A DNA stretch of 64,000 bases from an uncultured delta proteobacterium. GTDB taxonomy: Bacteria; Desulfobacterota; Desulfomonilia; Desulfomonilales; Desulfomonilaceae. A program made the position numbers and the translations under genes. The stretch is from positions 512,001 to 576,000 of the forward strand of contig CAWBKB010000005.1 of assembly GCA_963789265.1 (NCBI GenBank), read 5' to 3'. The notes below the pieces were generated by a model, which saw only the letters and a list, made by a program, of their open reading frames with translations, was not told the DNA's origin and searched no databases. Below, one piece after another: positions 1 to 11,138 of this stretch; position 1 is the stretch's first letter, and every line of letters begins with the position of its first letter.

Positions 1-134
1 CGGAAATCGCTACTGCTGCGAAGGTTTGCGAAGTCATTTTCGCTCGGGGACTGGCAGGTGTTGCGCAGCCGAGCGATTTGAGATCGTTTCTCGAATCCCA
101 GCTCTACAAACCCGAATACCGACCTCTCACGTGA
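1..134 (+). CDS. 3' end of a probable NAD(P)-dependent malic enzyme (partial)
   Basis: Own translation of frame 3: EIATAAKVCEVIFARGLAGVAQPSDLRSFLESQLYKPEYRPLT*, resembling the MaeA/SfcA C-terminus; lies directly upstream of fumC. Confidence 0.6.
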   Translation, partial: EIATAAKVCEVIFARGLAGVAQPSDLRSFLESQLYKPEYRPLT

Positions 135-269
135 GCCCATTGGGGTTTCGCTGTCCCCGCGCTAACAAACCGACGAGCTGACGGTGGACTTTGTTGTCTG
201 CTCCTCGTCGGGGAAGTCTAAACAGACGCGAAGGACTGGCCTTCGGAGCTAAGTCCCCTGGAGGAAATC

Positions 270-1670
270 ATGACGGAGTTCCGTACCGAGACAGATAGCC
301 TGGGCGAGGTCCGAGTCCCGGCGGACAAATTGTGGGGCGCGCAGACACAGCGTTCACTTGAACACTTCAGCATCGGTGACGATCTTATGCCGAGGGAATT
401 GATCGAGGCGTACGCCATCTTGAAAAAGGCGGCGGCCGTGGCCAACCATCGAGGCGGTAGGCTCACATCACAGCAAAAAGATCTCATAATTCAGGTTTGC
501 GACGAGATCCTCTCGGGAAAGCATCGAGATCAGTTTCCGCTCCATGTCTGGATGACAGGCAGCGGTACGCAGTTCAACATGAATGTCAATGAAGTGATCT
601 CGAACCGATGCTGTCAGATCGCAGGCAAGCCACTAGGCAGCAAAACCCCGATCCATCCGAACGATCATGTGAATATGTCGCAGTCGTCAAACGACACGTT
701 TCCATCGGCCATGTACATCGCGGCCGGCGTTGGAACAAAGCAAAGGCTTTGGCCGTCGGTGAAGGCCCTGCGAGACTCTGTCTTTGCCAAGGCCGAGTTG
801 TGGAAAGACATCGTCAAAATCGGCCGGACCCATTTGCAGGATGCGACGCCGTTAACCTTGGGACAGGAATGGTCGGGTTATACCGGCATGCTGGACGAGA
901 ACCTTCAACACACTGAGAACAGCCTTACAGGGGTCTGGAACCTCGCCCTTGGCGGCACGGCAGTGGGGACCGGCCTTAATGCCGCGCCGGGTTTTGCCGA
1001 GCAAGCCGCCGCGGAAATCGCACGTCTGACAGAGCTGCCCTACGTCAGCGCACCAAACAAATTTACCGTGCAAGGTGCGCACGATGCTTTGGTAATGCTC
1101 TCCGGCGCGCTCCGCAGCCTCGCCGCTTCCCTGTACAAGATTGCCAATGACATTCGCTTGTTGAGCTGCGGGCCGCGCTGTGGTTTTTATGAACTGAAGA
1201 TACCGGAGAACGAACCGGGCTCCTCGATAATGCCGGGCAAAGTGAATCCAACCCAATGCGAAGCACTTGCCATGATCGCTGTGCAGGTCATGTCAAACGA
1301 TGTTGCTGTGGGGTTCGGTAATGCTTCGGGCTACCTGGAAATGAATGTGTATAAACCTCTGATCATATCAAACATCATGCAGTCGATCCGCATCCTCACT
1401 GACGGTTGTCACAACTTCCGAACCTTTTTAGTTGAGGGCACTGAACCGAACTTAAAGCAGATCGATCGGTTTGTCCGGCAGTCGCTGATGCTGGTCACTG
1501 CCCTATCCCCGGCAATCGGCTACGACAAAGCCTCGGAGATTGCCCATTACGCAAACGAGCACGGCATGACGCTGAAAGAGGCGGCGCTGAAACTGGGTTA
1601 CGTGAATGAGACGGATTACGATCGAATCGTCGATCCCAAAAAGATGGTTTATCCCTATGTCGCGGATTAG
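270..1670 (+). CDS. fumC: Class II fumarate hydratase
   Basis: [23 protein letters not shown] and [13 protein letters not shown] signature motifs; GGAGG RBS. Confidence 0.97.
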   Translation: MTEFRTETDSLGEVRVPADKLWGAQTQRSLEHFSIGDDLMPRELIEAYAILKKAAAVANHRGGRLTSQQKDLIIQVCDEILSGKHRDQFPLHVWMTGSGTQFNMNVNEVISNRCCQIAGKPLGSKTPIHPNDHVNMSQSSNDTFPSAMYIAAGVGTKQRLWPSVKALRDSVFAKAELWKDIVKIGRTHLQDATPLTLGQEWSGYTGMLDENLQHTENSLTGVWNLALGGTAVGTGLNAAPGFAEQAAAEIARLTELPYVSAPNKFTVQGAHDALVMLSGALRSLAASLYKIANDIRLLSCGPRCGFYELKIPENEPGSSIMPGKVNPTQCEALAMIAVQVMSNDVAVGFGNASGYLEMNVYKPLIISNIMQSIRILTDGCHNFRTFLVEGTEPNLKQIDRFVRQSLMLVTALSPAIGYDKASEIAHYANEHGMTLKEAALKLGYVNETDYDRIVDPKKMVYPYVAD

Positions 1671-1703
1671 CAAACCGCTAAATTAGAAAATTGGAAGGAG
1701 GAT

Positions 1704-2268
1704 ATGAAAATGGACGAAATAGTAAAGATTCTCGGCTTCGCGGGGAGCTTACGCAAAGGTTCTTACAACCGGTCTCTTTTGCGAGCCGCTGGGGAACTTG
1801 TTCCAAAAGGTGCCAAACTTGACACATTCGATCTCGAAGGTATGCCTCTCTTCAACCAAGACTTGGAAGACCAGCCAACCGAAAAGGTTAAGGAGTTTAA
1901 GGCAAGAATTAGAGCCGCGGACGCAATTCTGATTGCCACCCCTGAGTATAACTACTCGATCCCCGGCGTCCTGAAGAATGCCATCGACTGCGCTTCCAGA
2001 CCTTACGGAGACAATGCGTTCGAACATAAGCCGATCGCCATTATGGGGGCCTCGATCGGCATGGCGGGAACCGCCCGAGCTCAGGTCCCATTTGCGCCAA
2101 TCCTTTGTATTTTTGACTTGTTTTGCGTTGAATCAGCCGGAGGTAATGGTCTCATTTGCCCAAGACAAGATTGACAAAGACGGTAACGTCACTGATGAGA
2201 CAACGCGAGAGAAGATCAAAGAATTGTTGGAAGGCCTCGTGGCCTGGACGCAGAGACTCAAAGGATAG
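1704..2268 (+). CDS. NADPH-dependent FMN reductase (ChrR/YieF-like), frameshift near 2085
   Basis: GSLRKGSYN and TPEYNYSIPGVLKNAID motifs; C-terminus (HLRQSFVFL...LVAWTQRL) continues in another frame. Confidence 0.88.
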
Positions 2269-2551
2269 CGCTCAAATTGGCACGACCATGCGAATGAATG
2301 GCTTTGAGAGTATGGTATGGATCTGTCTTCGAAACCGCAGAGCAAACCAGGCTTCGCGTCTTCAATTAGAAGGATCTGTAACTGCATCGGAGAATCCCGG
2401 GCTCAGATTACTTGATAACTTTACATGATCCTCTGCGGGCTCAACGCCCTCCGCGGTGAATGACTGCCTTTGCATAATCGTGATCGCTACCGTCAGCGAA
2501 ATTGACATATACATAAATGATCAGAATTGCTTTTCCGAACGGAAGAACTAT

Positions 2552-3313
2552 ATGACTCACTTCGAGTTAGTTATCGTAGGCGTTGCGGCAGTCGCAGGAG
2601 GTGTTGTAAATGCGCTAGCCGGTGGAGGCACCCTCATCACTTTTCCGATGCTTATTGCGGTAGGAATTCCGGCGGTGGCTGCTAATATTACGAACACGGT
2701 TGCACTTTGCCCCGGGTATCTTGGGGGTACACTTGCACAGCTCAGAGACCTCAGCGGGTCCAAGCAAAAGTTGTATCTATTTGGCCCCGCGGGTGCACTT
2801 GGTGGTATCGTAGGGGGTATTTTGCTCCTAAATACAGGAGAGGCGACGTTTCGCACATTGGTTCCATACCTGATTCTTCTGGCTGCAGGACTCTTAGTCA
2901 TCGAAGGTCCGGTTCGTAGATGGCATGTGGTGCGAGCGGGTCGAAGTGAAGGTCAACACGGGCATGACCTATGGAAAGTGTATCCAGTCTTTCTGGCCTC
3001 GATTTACGGGGGATACTTCGGTGGGGGTTTAAGTGTCATTGTGCTTGCGATCCTTGCACTCGTGTCACAAGAATCGCTCACACGGCTTAATGCTTTAAAG
3101 CAAGTGATCGCATTGTGCGTAAACCTTGCAGTGGCCATTTTCTTCCTCTTTTCAGGTAAGGTGATATGGTCGGCCACCGTCGTCATGGCTGCTGGAGCTT
3201 TGGCAGGCGGAGCGGCCGGAGGATTGCTGGCAGGTTGGGTTCGACCTTCAGTGCTGCGAGGCATTGTAGTGGTGTTCGGGGTAGCAATCTCAATCGTGTA
3301 TTTCGTTCGATAG
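2552..3313 (+). CDS. TauE/SafE family membrane protein
   Basis: NALAGGGTLITFP and YGGYFGGG motifs, about 8 hydrophobic segments; start placed at ATG 2552. Confidence 0.88.
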   Translation: MTHFELVIVGVAAVAGGVVNALAGGGTLITFPMLIAVGIPAVAANITNTVALCPGYLGGTLAQLRDLSGSKQKLYLFGPAGALGGIVGGILLLNTGEATFRTLVPYLILLAAGLLVIEGPVRRWHVVRAGRSEGQHGHDLWKVYPVFLASIYGGYFGGGLSVIVLAILALVSQESLTRLNALKQVIALCVNLAVAIFFLFSGKVIWSATVVMAAGALAGGAAGGLLAGWVRPSVLRGIVVVFGVAISIVYFVR

Positions 3314-3400
3314 GAACTTACCGATTGAATAGGATCCTTGACGAAGTTCCAGAGCAGGCTTGCGCTGGAACGGGTGCTCCTCTAAAGCGATGACTTTGAT

Positions 3401-4147
3401 ATGGTCACTAACATGATTAACTATGCTGTGCCCGACAGTGCAGTCACGCATGCAGGCCGGGACTTGGTGCTCGAAACCAGGAATCTCTCTAGAGCTGTCG
3501 CGGACAAGGTGCTGATAAACGATATCAGTGTGCAGGTGCAGCGGGGCGAGGTACTAGCGGTAGTTGGGCCAAGCGGGGCGGGTAAATCGTCCTTCCTGCG
3601 GCTGCTTAATCGCCTCGATGAGCCAACGAGCGGTACCGTGCTTCTCGACGGCCGGGACTATAACGAGATAACGCCGCGAGAGCTGCGGCGTCGCGTTGGG
3701 ATGGTAATGCAGTCGGCCTATCTATTTCCGGGCACGGTCACGGACAATTTGCGCTTCGGCCCGAGCCAACGCGGCAAAGACGTGGCCGCCTCGGAGATAG
3801 ATTCCCTGCTGGAACACGTCGGGCTGGAAGGGTTTGCCGACAGAGATGTGTTGTATCTGTCGGGAGGCGAAGCCCAGCGAGTTTCACTGGCACGAACTCT
3901 GGCCAACCAACCTGAAGTGCTGTTGCTGGACGAGCCAACTTCGGCTTTGGATGCCCGGGCAGAACGCGAGATTGAAGCGCTGCTAGCCCGCATCCTCAAC
4001 GAGCAACATTTGACGGCCCTGATGGTCACCCACGATACCGCGCAGGCAGCTCGCATCGGCAACCGCGCGATATTAATCCAGTCCGGCCGGCTGATCTGCG
4101 ACGGCACTGTCCCAGAGGTGCTCCATGCTGAATCAACTCTTCCATGA
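3401..4147 (+). CDS. ABC transporter ATP-binding protein, FetA/YbbL-like
   Basis: GPSGAGKSS, LSGGEAQRV and LLLDEPT motifs; overlaps a FetB-like permease. Confidence 0.85.
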   Translation: MVTNMINYAVPDSAVTHAGRDLVLETRNLSRAVADKVLINDISVQVQRGEVLAVVGPSGAGKSSFLRLLNRLDEPTSGTVLLDGRDYNEITPRELRRRVGMVMQSAYLFPGTVTDNLRFGPSQRGKDVAASEIDSLLEHVGLEGFADRDVLYLSGGEAQRVSLARTLANQPEVLLLDEPTSALDARAEREIEALLARILNEQHLTALMVTHDTAQAARIGNRAILIQSGRLICDGTVPEVLHAESTLP

Positions 4148-4926
4148 TCCGATTACGTTACGGGCCGCGCAAGTGATCGGTGCAGCCGCGTTTGCTCTGG
4201 TGGTCGCGTTTTGGGCACGCAGGCAGGGCATACATCTGCAACGCGAGGCGGCGATTGCGCTGGCGCGTGGCATCATCCAGATCATCATCGTCGGTCTGTT
4301 GCTGGTGCTTGTCTTGCGCGACGCCCGGTGGCTCAGCGCGTTTGTGCTTTTGGGGATGATGCTGGCCGGGGCGGTCATCGCCGCACGGCGGACAAAGCAC
4401 ATCCCGGGCATCCTGCAGGTGACGACCCGTTCGATCCTGCTGGGTGCGGGGCTAGTCATCAGCGTCATGGTCGTTTCTAGGAGTCATTGATCGGTCGCCC
4501 GCGACTCTAATCCCGGTTGGAAGCATGCTGATCGCCAACGCTATGAATACTACGGCACTGGCGCTAGATCGCTTTAGGGGAGAGGTTGAAGCGCACGCCG
4601 GGCAGATCGAAGCCGGACTGGCACTGGGCGCGGCCCCGAATGTGGTGGTAGGGCCGTATGTGCGGGCTGCAGTGCAGGCCGGCATGATTCCCAGCGTCAA
4701 CAATTTGCGTTCGCTGGGTATAGTGTGGATTCCCGGGGTGATGGCCGGTATGGTGCTCGCGGGCAGCAACCCCATTGTTGCAGCAAGCTACCAGTTTGTA
4801 GTTGTTGCCATGCTTTTCGCTACGGCCGGGGCCACCGCCCTCCTGTGCGCATTGTTCGTGCGAGAGCACGCGTTTTCTGCCGCGGAACAACTGACGCTTC
4901 GGATAAGGGAGAACGAATCCAAGTAG
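4125..4926 (+). CDS. ABC permease, FetB/YbbM (UPF0014)-like, frameshift near 4478
   Basis: Two ORFs join; IEAGLALGA and SLGIVWIPGVMAGMVLAG..P..AASYQ are typical of UPF0014. Confidence 0.82.
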
Positions 4927-5267
4927 AACAAATGTCGAAATAATGGTCATTCGTGGCCACAACGCAGAACTCTGTTAAGCCTGTGCTGCATCGTTTTCAA
5001 CTTCGGTCGGATCGCCTGGCCCAGCACTGGGCGAGCGGTCAGTATCTCTTGCCGTTGCATCTGATACCGGCGCGCGATCAAACGGTGAACAATCAAGGAA
5101 ATAGAGCACGGATCTGACAAAGCCTCCCGCGGGACGTGGGTTGGCGCCCAAGTCAGCGCCGTTTGCGATCGGTCTATTCTCACTTGTTTGAAAGCGAATC
5201 GATACGAGAGGCTTTTCTTAATCGATTCGCTGCCTGTAGCGCATGTGGTCCTGGACAAGGGGAAGCT

Positions 5268-7159
5268 ATGATCAGCAGACGCGATTTCTTGACATTAGCA
5301 GGATCGGCAGCAGCCTCGCTGGCAATCTCTTCTAAAGTTCAGGGCCGAGGCGCATCGAAAGACTCCGAACCCCATGCTGCACCGAAAACTCGAGTATTTT
5401 CCGGCAGCAAGCCAGGGACTGCGTTTACGAAATACGTCGATCCTCTCCCGATAATGCAGGTGATGCCTAATGCCGGGATAAGGGATCAATATCGGATAGC
5501 GATGAAGCAGTTCGCCCAAAGAATCCATCGAGATCTACCCCCAACCACGCTTTGGGGCTTCGGCGCAGTGGGCTATCGCCCCTCTGTCCCGGCAGCCACT
5601 ATCGAGGTCCAAATAAACAAGCCGGTAAAAGTGCGATGGATTAACGATTTGCCCCGCACTCACTTGTTAGCCGCAGCCGTGGACCATACCATCCACGGCG
5701 CAGAAAGGAAATTTCCAGAGGTGCGGTCGGTCGTGCACTTACATGGTGGCGCCACCGCACCTGATAGCGATGGCTACCCGGAGCATTGGTATTCGTCCGC
5801 CGGTGGCAGGATGGATGGCAAGATTGGGGATAATTACTTAGATTACACTTATCATAACGGCCAGTTGGCCACCGCCCTCTGGTACCATGAGCACGCCCTG
5901 GGGATAACTCGCCTGAATATCATAGTGGGACTGGCCGGTTTGTATATTCTCCGGGACAATAGCGACACCGGGGGACCTCCCGCGGCAAACTCCAGCAATC
6001 CTCATCCGGGGGAAAACACTCTGGGCCTGCCCGGGCCTGCTCCCGGCCACGGCACTGGACTCTTTTACGAGATTCCTCTGGTAATTCAAGACCTGGCCTT
6101 GAATGCCGACGGGTCTCTTGCTTACCCTACCAAAGGGGTTAACCCGGAAATTCATCCCCAGTGGGTGCAGGATTTCTTCGGGGACGTGATATGTGTAAAC
6201 GGCAAGGCCTGGCCCTACATCCAAGTAGAGCCCCGACGGTACCGCTTCCGTATATTGAACGCCTGCAACTCACGTGTCTTAGATCTGACCTTGGATTCCG
6301 GCCAGCCAGTCTATCATATCGGTTCGGATGGCGGCTTTTTGCCTCAAGTGGCGGAATGCCACCGTCTCCGGATTGCCCCCGCGGAACGGCACGACATCGT
6401 GATTGACTTCACTGGATTAGCCGGGGCCGCCATAACCCTGCTGAATCATGGTAGGACGCCGTTCTTTGAAGGCGAGCCTCCAAATCCGCAGACTACCGGT
6501 CAGATTATGCAATTCCGGGTGGCTAAAAGTGCACAAAGTACGGACCATAGCCTGCCTCCACCATCCATCCCGTTGCCCGCTTGCGCTGATCTCAGATCGT
6601 TGGTGACCCCGGCCATGCTTAAGAAACACCCGGCGAGCTTTCCTGAATGTAATTCAAGGGCCGCACGGACCAATCATGCTGACGCTCAGCAACCAACGGT
6701 GGATGGACAAAATCACGGAGACTCCCCGGGTCGGTTCCGTTGAGATTTGGGAGATCATGAATCTCGCTAGAGACCTTCACCCTATCCACCTTCACCTCAT
6801 TCAGTTTCAACTCCTTAACCGGCAAGCGTTTGACGTAAAGGCGTACAAAAAAGGCTTTGGCCCACCAGCGCACTCCATTGCCGGTTCCCGACCCTACTCC
6901 TTTTCTTCACGGCAAACCGATGGCCCCTACTCCCGAGGAATCCGGATGGAAGGACACTATCGTCCACAATACCGGGCAAGTGACCCGGATTGTGACCAGA
7001 TGGGCACCCCAAACGGCCCCACTATTCGGGCCGGGAAGCCATATCCCCGGGGTCAACCAATATCCTTTTGACCCCACTCAGGGGAAATATGTTTGGCACT
7101 GCCATAACCTGCAGCATGAGGATAATGAGATGATGCGCCCTTTCAAGGTTTTGCCCTGA
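5268..7159 (+). CDS. Tat-exported multicopper oxidase (CotA/bilirubin oxidase-like), frameshifts near 6630 and 6870
   Basis: SRRDFL Tat motif; all four Cu motifs (HLHG, WYHEH, HPIHLH, HCHNLQHEDNEMM) spread over three frames. Confidence 0.88.
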
Positions 7160-7238
7160 GACGATCAATAAGGCCATGAAACTCTGCGGTGTAAATACGC
7201 AAAATGAAGACCGGCAGGCGCTCCGCCTTGCGCGGCAC

Positions 7239-7802
7239 TTACTTATTTTCGAGATCCAAAAAGAGGTACAGGGCTGCGATCATTACCGAACAGGTGACCT
7301 TGCCGGATCTTATGTAATCCCTGATTTGATCCAGGGGAACGAGAACAGTTTCAATTTCTTCGGTCTCATCGGGATTCAAATGGCCCGTAGGAGTAGCGTT
7401 TCTGGCCAAATAAACATAGAAACGGTTTGTGAAGATCGCGGGCATGGGGTGCATCCAACCAAGGAACTCCAGCGTGTCGGCCCGGTATCCCGTCTCTTCC
7501 TCCAGTTCCTCACGTGCGCTCTGCTCAGGCGCCTGGCCGTCCTTGACCAGCCCCCCGGGAGGCTCAAGAGAAAGCTCGCCGGTTCCGTGGCGGAATTGCT
7601 TGACCATGACGACCTGATTATCCGGAGTCACAGCCACAACCGCGGCCCAGTCCGGAGATTCTAAAACTTGGAATTCGTGAATCTGCCCTGTTCGTGGGGA
7701 CTTGTTCTTGTGAATGTGAACTGAAAAGAGCCCGTATTCCTTATCTTCACGGCTGTCCACCAATTCCCATGATAGGCGCGGGGTCTCGGTGCCTTTGTCC
7801 AT
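7239..7802 (-). CDS. NUDIX hydrolase (ADP-ribose pyrophosphatase-like)
   Basis: Nudix box GGLVKDGQAPEQSAREELEEETGY. Confidence 0.92.
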   Translation of the reverse strand: MDKGTETPRLSWELVDSREDKEYGLFSVHIHKNKSPRTGQIHEFQVLESPDWAAVVAVTPDNQVVMVKQFRHGTGELSLEPPGGLVKDGQAPEQSAREELEEETGYRADTLEFLGWMHPMPAIFTNRFYVYLARNATPTGHLNPDETEEIETVLVPLDQIRDYIRSGKVTCSVMIAALYLFLDLENK

Positions 7803-7855
7803 ATAAGCCTCCGGTGATGATTATGAGGAATGCACTGAAATTATTACAGTGAAGC

Positions 7856-8595
7856 TCAATGCGCTGCACCATCAGCACTCGAAGTCCGAGGTTTCCGCGC
7901 TTTCCTTTTCATGCCCCACGGGCACACCCTTATACAGACTCCGCAAATAGGACTTTCGATAAAGGGCAGTCTGATAAATTCCTGGCTGACCTTCGCCACG
8001 CAGCGCTCGAAATAAATTGCTTCATTGCGATCGGAGTAATGCCAATCGGTGTTTACGTTTTTAATGGCCCGGGCCGGGCAAGCCTTCGAGCAGGCCAAGC
8101 ACTTACCGCATCGGTTCTTTATCGGCTTATCCGGGGCGAGGAGAGCATCAGTGAGAATCGTAGCCAACCTGACACGCGGCCCGTACTCCGGATTCACAAG
8201 CAAAAGGCTCTTTCCTTGCCAGCCCAGGCCCGCGGCAACGGCTACCGCTTTGTGAGATATATACGAGCGCCAATTCGTCTTATCCAGCACCTGAGATGCG
8301 GGAATCGGGAGAGCTTGGCTCCGGCCCGCTGTAGGAACTGGGAGACACGCACGGCGACGTCGTCGAGCAGCGCGTTTACTTTAAGATAATGCTGCTGGTA
8401 AAGCGGTGTAGGGGAATCGACAATGGGATCTATGATGCCGTCTGCCAGCCTCACCGCGATGCTCACGGCCCTTTCATAGCCTAGCAGAAGGTGTTGAGGT
8501 TCTGTCTCGAGACCTTCGAGCAGAGCCAGATCAGCCACGCCGACAACATCCGCGCCGCACGTGCGGGCAAACTTTTTAAGCCCAGAGCTATTCAA
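7856..8595 (-). CDS. Epoxyqueuosine reductase (QueG)-like Fe-S protein, frameshift near 8315
   Basis: GADVVGVADL, SHKAVAVAAGLGWQGKS, CGKCLACSKACP and CGVCIRVCP motifs; AGGAGG before TTG at 8595. Confidence 0.8.
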
Positions 8596-8939
8596 TCTTG
8601 TCTCCTCCTGGCTCCTGTGCTCCTGATGCAACTTTTGCGACAATCGCAAAGATTCAGCATACGAGATCGGATGTAATCCGGTTGGGCCCAGACATTCCAG
8701 CCGTATGCGCTGTCCTTCTGCACGTCAGAGCACAACTCCGTTCGGAGTCATGCCCAAGGACCTAATACAATTGTCAAAGCGATATAAAAGGATGTTTGGC
8801 AAGAAGTACGCGCCGTACCTCGATATTCTTCTAAAATAAGGCGCCGAAGCATTTTCTGCAAGAGAGTAATCGGCGCCTGCATTTTGGGGAAGGTCCGGCT
8901 CTAGGAAGGAAAGAGCGTCTACCCTATCGGTGCTATCAA

Positions 8940-9398
8940 TCACCCATACGACGGGATGACCTCCTTGAGGCTCCCCTCAGAGATGAATGCTTCATAGTTG
9001 TGGATCAGTCTCTGGACAACTGCTCCGGCCAGCCGTTTGTAGAACATCATTCCGCTTGCGGGGTCTTTATCAAATATCTTGTTCAGGTTTCTGTTTTCGA
9101 TTTTCATTATCGTGCTGGGGGCCGCACACTCCGCGGTGGCTGTGTACACGAGCCGGTCTACCAAGCCAGTCCATCCGAAGGCCTCGCCCTCGACGTTAAC
9201 CGTATAGCTTATCTCCGATTTTTTTCCGATGAACAGACGTACCATTCCCCCGACCAGGATGTAAAAATTTTCGGCTGGCGTTCCTGCCTCAAATATTAAT
9301 TTGCCTGGCTCGTAAGACTCTTCGGTCATGATTTTGGAAATCTCGTTCACAATCTCAGGGCTCAAGTCCTTGAAAAGGTCGGCTTTTTGGATAATCAT
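8940..9398 (-). CDS. Cyclic nucleotide-binding domain protein
   Basis: LFKDLS..., IFEAGTPAENFYILVGG, GEAFGW...YTATAEC; no obvious HTH. Confidence 0.85.
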   Translation of the reverse strand: MIIQKADLFKDLSPEIVNEISKIMTEESYEPGKLIFEAGTPAENFYILVGGMVRLFIGKKSEISYTVNVEGEAFGWTGLVDRLVYTATAECAAPSTIMKIENRNLNKIFDKDPASGMMFYKRLAGAVVQRLIHNYEAFISEGSLKEVIPSYG

Positions 9399-9669
9399 GG
9401 CTTCTCCTTTCTGTTAGGAAGACATGTTTGAAATCCCGCCGGCTCCAACTATCTCCGCAACTTCGTCGCATTCTGTGCTTTTCGTCTATGTTTCGTGGTG
9501 TTCCTCCTCTTCTTCCAGTCTTCTTAAGACTGACTATCCCGAAGTTCTCATAGTGGCCTCCAAAATGAACCCACAGCCGTCACAGAAGCACGTATGTAAA
9601 GAACAATCAGCTCATGTAACTATTGTTACCGGCCGTGACATGGGAGTCAATCAGAACTTTCTTCCACCG

Positions 9670-9816
9670 GTATTCCTTCAGTTACGCGGGGAATCTTCTG
9701 GCTCCTGTCATTGCGAGGAGTGAAACGACGAAGCAATCTAAGCGCCGTTTGAAGGAAGAGATTGCTTCGCTTCGCTCGCAATGACAATCCTTTGCCGCAC
9801 GTAAGTGAATGGATAC
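9670..9816. mobile_element. MITE with GTA..ATTCA-type ends, 8-bp TSD and internal REP-like hairpin doublet
   Basis: Imperfect 17-bp TIR GTATTCCTTCAGTTACG/CGTAAGTGAATGGATAC; TTCCACCG duplicated at 9662-9669 and 9817-9824; internal TGTCATTGCGAG...CTCGCAATGACA. Confidence 0.85.
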
Positions 9817-9833
9817 TTCCACCGGGATTTGGA

Positions 9834-11036
9834 TCAAGCTTTAGCGTTCCTTCCAGCAGCAAACAGTATCGGAAGGGAAATCAGTTGAGCCACTACGGAA
9901 AACTCTACGAGAGCAGGGAGCGAGATATCGTACAGGACGCCCATCAGAGCACTTCCACCAAACCAGAACAGGCCGAATGCCATATTGAATATGCCAAAGG
10001 CAAATCCCAATCGGTCGGTTGGGACCAAATCCGCAATAGCGGCCCTCATGACCGATGACTGCGCGCCCATTCCTACTCCCCATAAGGCCATGCCGACGAG
10101 TGCAGAATAATACCCGCCCAGAAAGACAAATGGGGCAAAAAAAGATGAAAAAAAGACCGCGGCAACCAACGAGGGAAGGCCGATACGATCGAAAATACTA
10201 CCGAAAAAAAGAGAAGCCAGGACATGAACACCCATCGCCACGGCATAAAATATCGGAATCGAACCGTCCGAGACTATGGCCATTTTCTTAAAGTGAAAGG
10301 CAATGAGGGAAAAGTCGGCATACCCGGCTGCCACAAACCCGATAGCAATTACGTAGATCCAAAACTTTCGAGAAAGGGCCTTTCCTTCCAACTCTACCGA
10401 GGTGGATCCAATGTCTTCTGGGGTCGGGTACAAACGTGCTGCCACAACCAGCAGGCTCAAAGCTATGAGGGCGGGAACTAACAGTACACCGAAGCTGGTT
10501 TGATAGGTACCCTTGAAATGTAGGACAGCCGCTACTACCAATGGGCCGATTACAGCTCCAGTCTGGTCCAGAGCCTGGTGAAGACCGAAACCCCATCCTC
10601 GGCCGATCTTTTGTGATGCGAGAGATAACATCACATCGCGCGTAGGGGTCCTGATCCCTTTGCCAATGCGTTCCGTCACGATTAGAGCTGCTGCAGTCGG
10701 CCAATGCCCGGCCAATGCCAGAAGAGGCACCGCCAACAAGTTCATGGCGTACCCGAACAGCACTATGGTCCAGTATCTCTTTGTTTTGTCGGTTAAATAA
10801 CCTGATGCGAGGCGCAGGCCATACCCTAGCAACTCCCCGAATCCCGCTACCACTCCCACTACTGTTGCGCTTGCACCTAGCATCTCCAGGAAAGGACCGG
10901 TGATGCTCCTGGCGCCTTCGTATGTGAAATCGGAAAAGAGGCTTATTATCCCGAGCAAGACTACGAACTTAATCGCGGTGGACTTGGAAATGTCGGATAA
11001 TACGGCTGGTGCGCGTGATGAAGTTTCGATGGCCAT
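9834..11036 (-). CDS. MFS transporter
   Basis: 400 aa, about 12 TM; motif A variants GYLTDKTKR and GSIFDRIG. Confidence 0.92.
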   Translation of the reverse strand: MAIETSSRAPAVLSDISKSTAIKFVVLLGIISLFSDFTYEGARSITGPFLEMLGASATVVGVVAGFGELLGYGLRLASGYLTDKTKRYWTIVLFGYAMNLLAVPLLALAGHWPTAAALIVTERIGKGIRTPTRDVMLSLASQKIGRGWGFGLHQALDQTGAVIGPLVVAAVLHFKGTYQTSFGVLLVPALIALSLLVVAARLYPTPEDIGSTSVELEGKALSRKFWIYVIAIGFVAAGYADFSLIAFHFKKMAIVSDGSIPIFYAVAMGVHVLASLFFGSIFDRIGLPSLVAAVFFSSFFAPFVFLGGYYSALVGMALWGVGMGAQSSVMRAAIADLVPTDRLGFAFGIFNMAFGLFWFGGSALMGVLYDISLPALVEFSVVAQLISLPILFAAGRNAKA

Positions 11037-11138
11037 CTGGTCTCCATACCTCTGGTATTGCCAAGGGTTCGTATTACAAATCTAGCACAGCGGTAAGAGA
11101 TTCAATAAGATTTAAGACGGCCAGTTGGGCGTACAGAA

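Noticed and set aside
140..192. Fourth fluoride riboswitch upstream of fumC (AAACCG...GCTGACGG)
   Set aside because: Lacks the GATGGAGT/GACTCC pseudoknot pair and the P1 geometry
7856..8595. Reductive dehalogenase linked to fluoride release
   Set aside because: Only ~245 aa, with no Tat signal or RdhB anchor; fits the common QueG-like Fe-S proteins
8725..8943. 72 aa ORF overlapping the cNMP gene stop
   Set aside because: No recognisable motif; cannot be supported as coding
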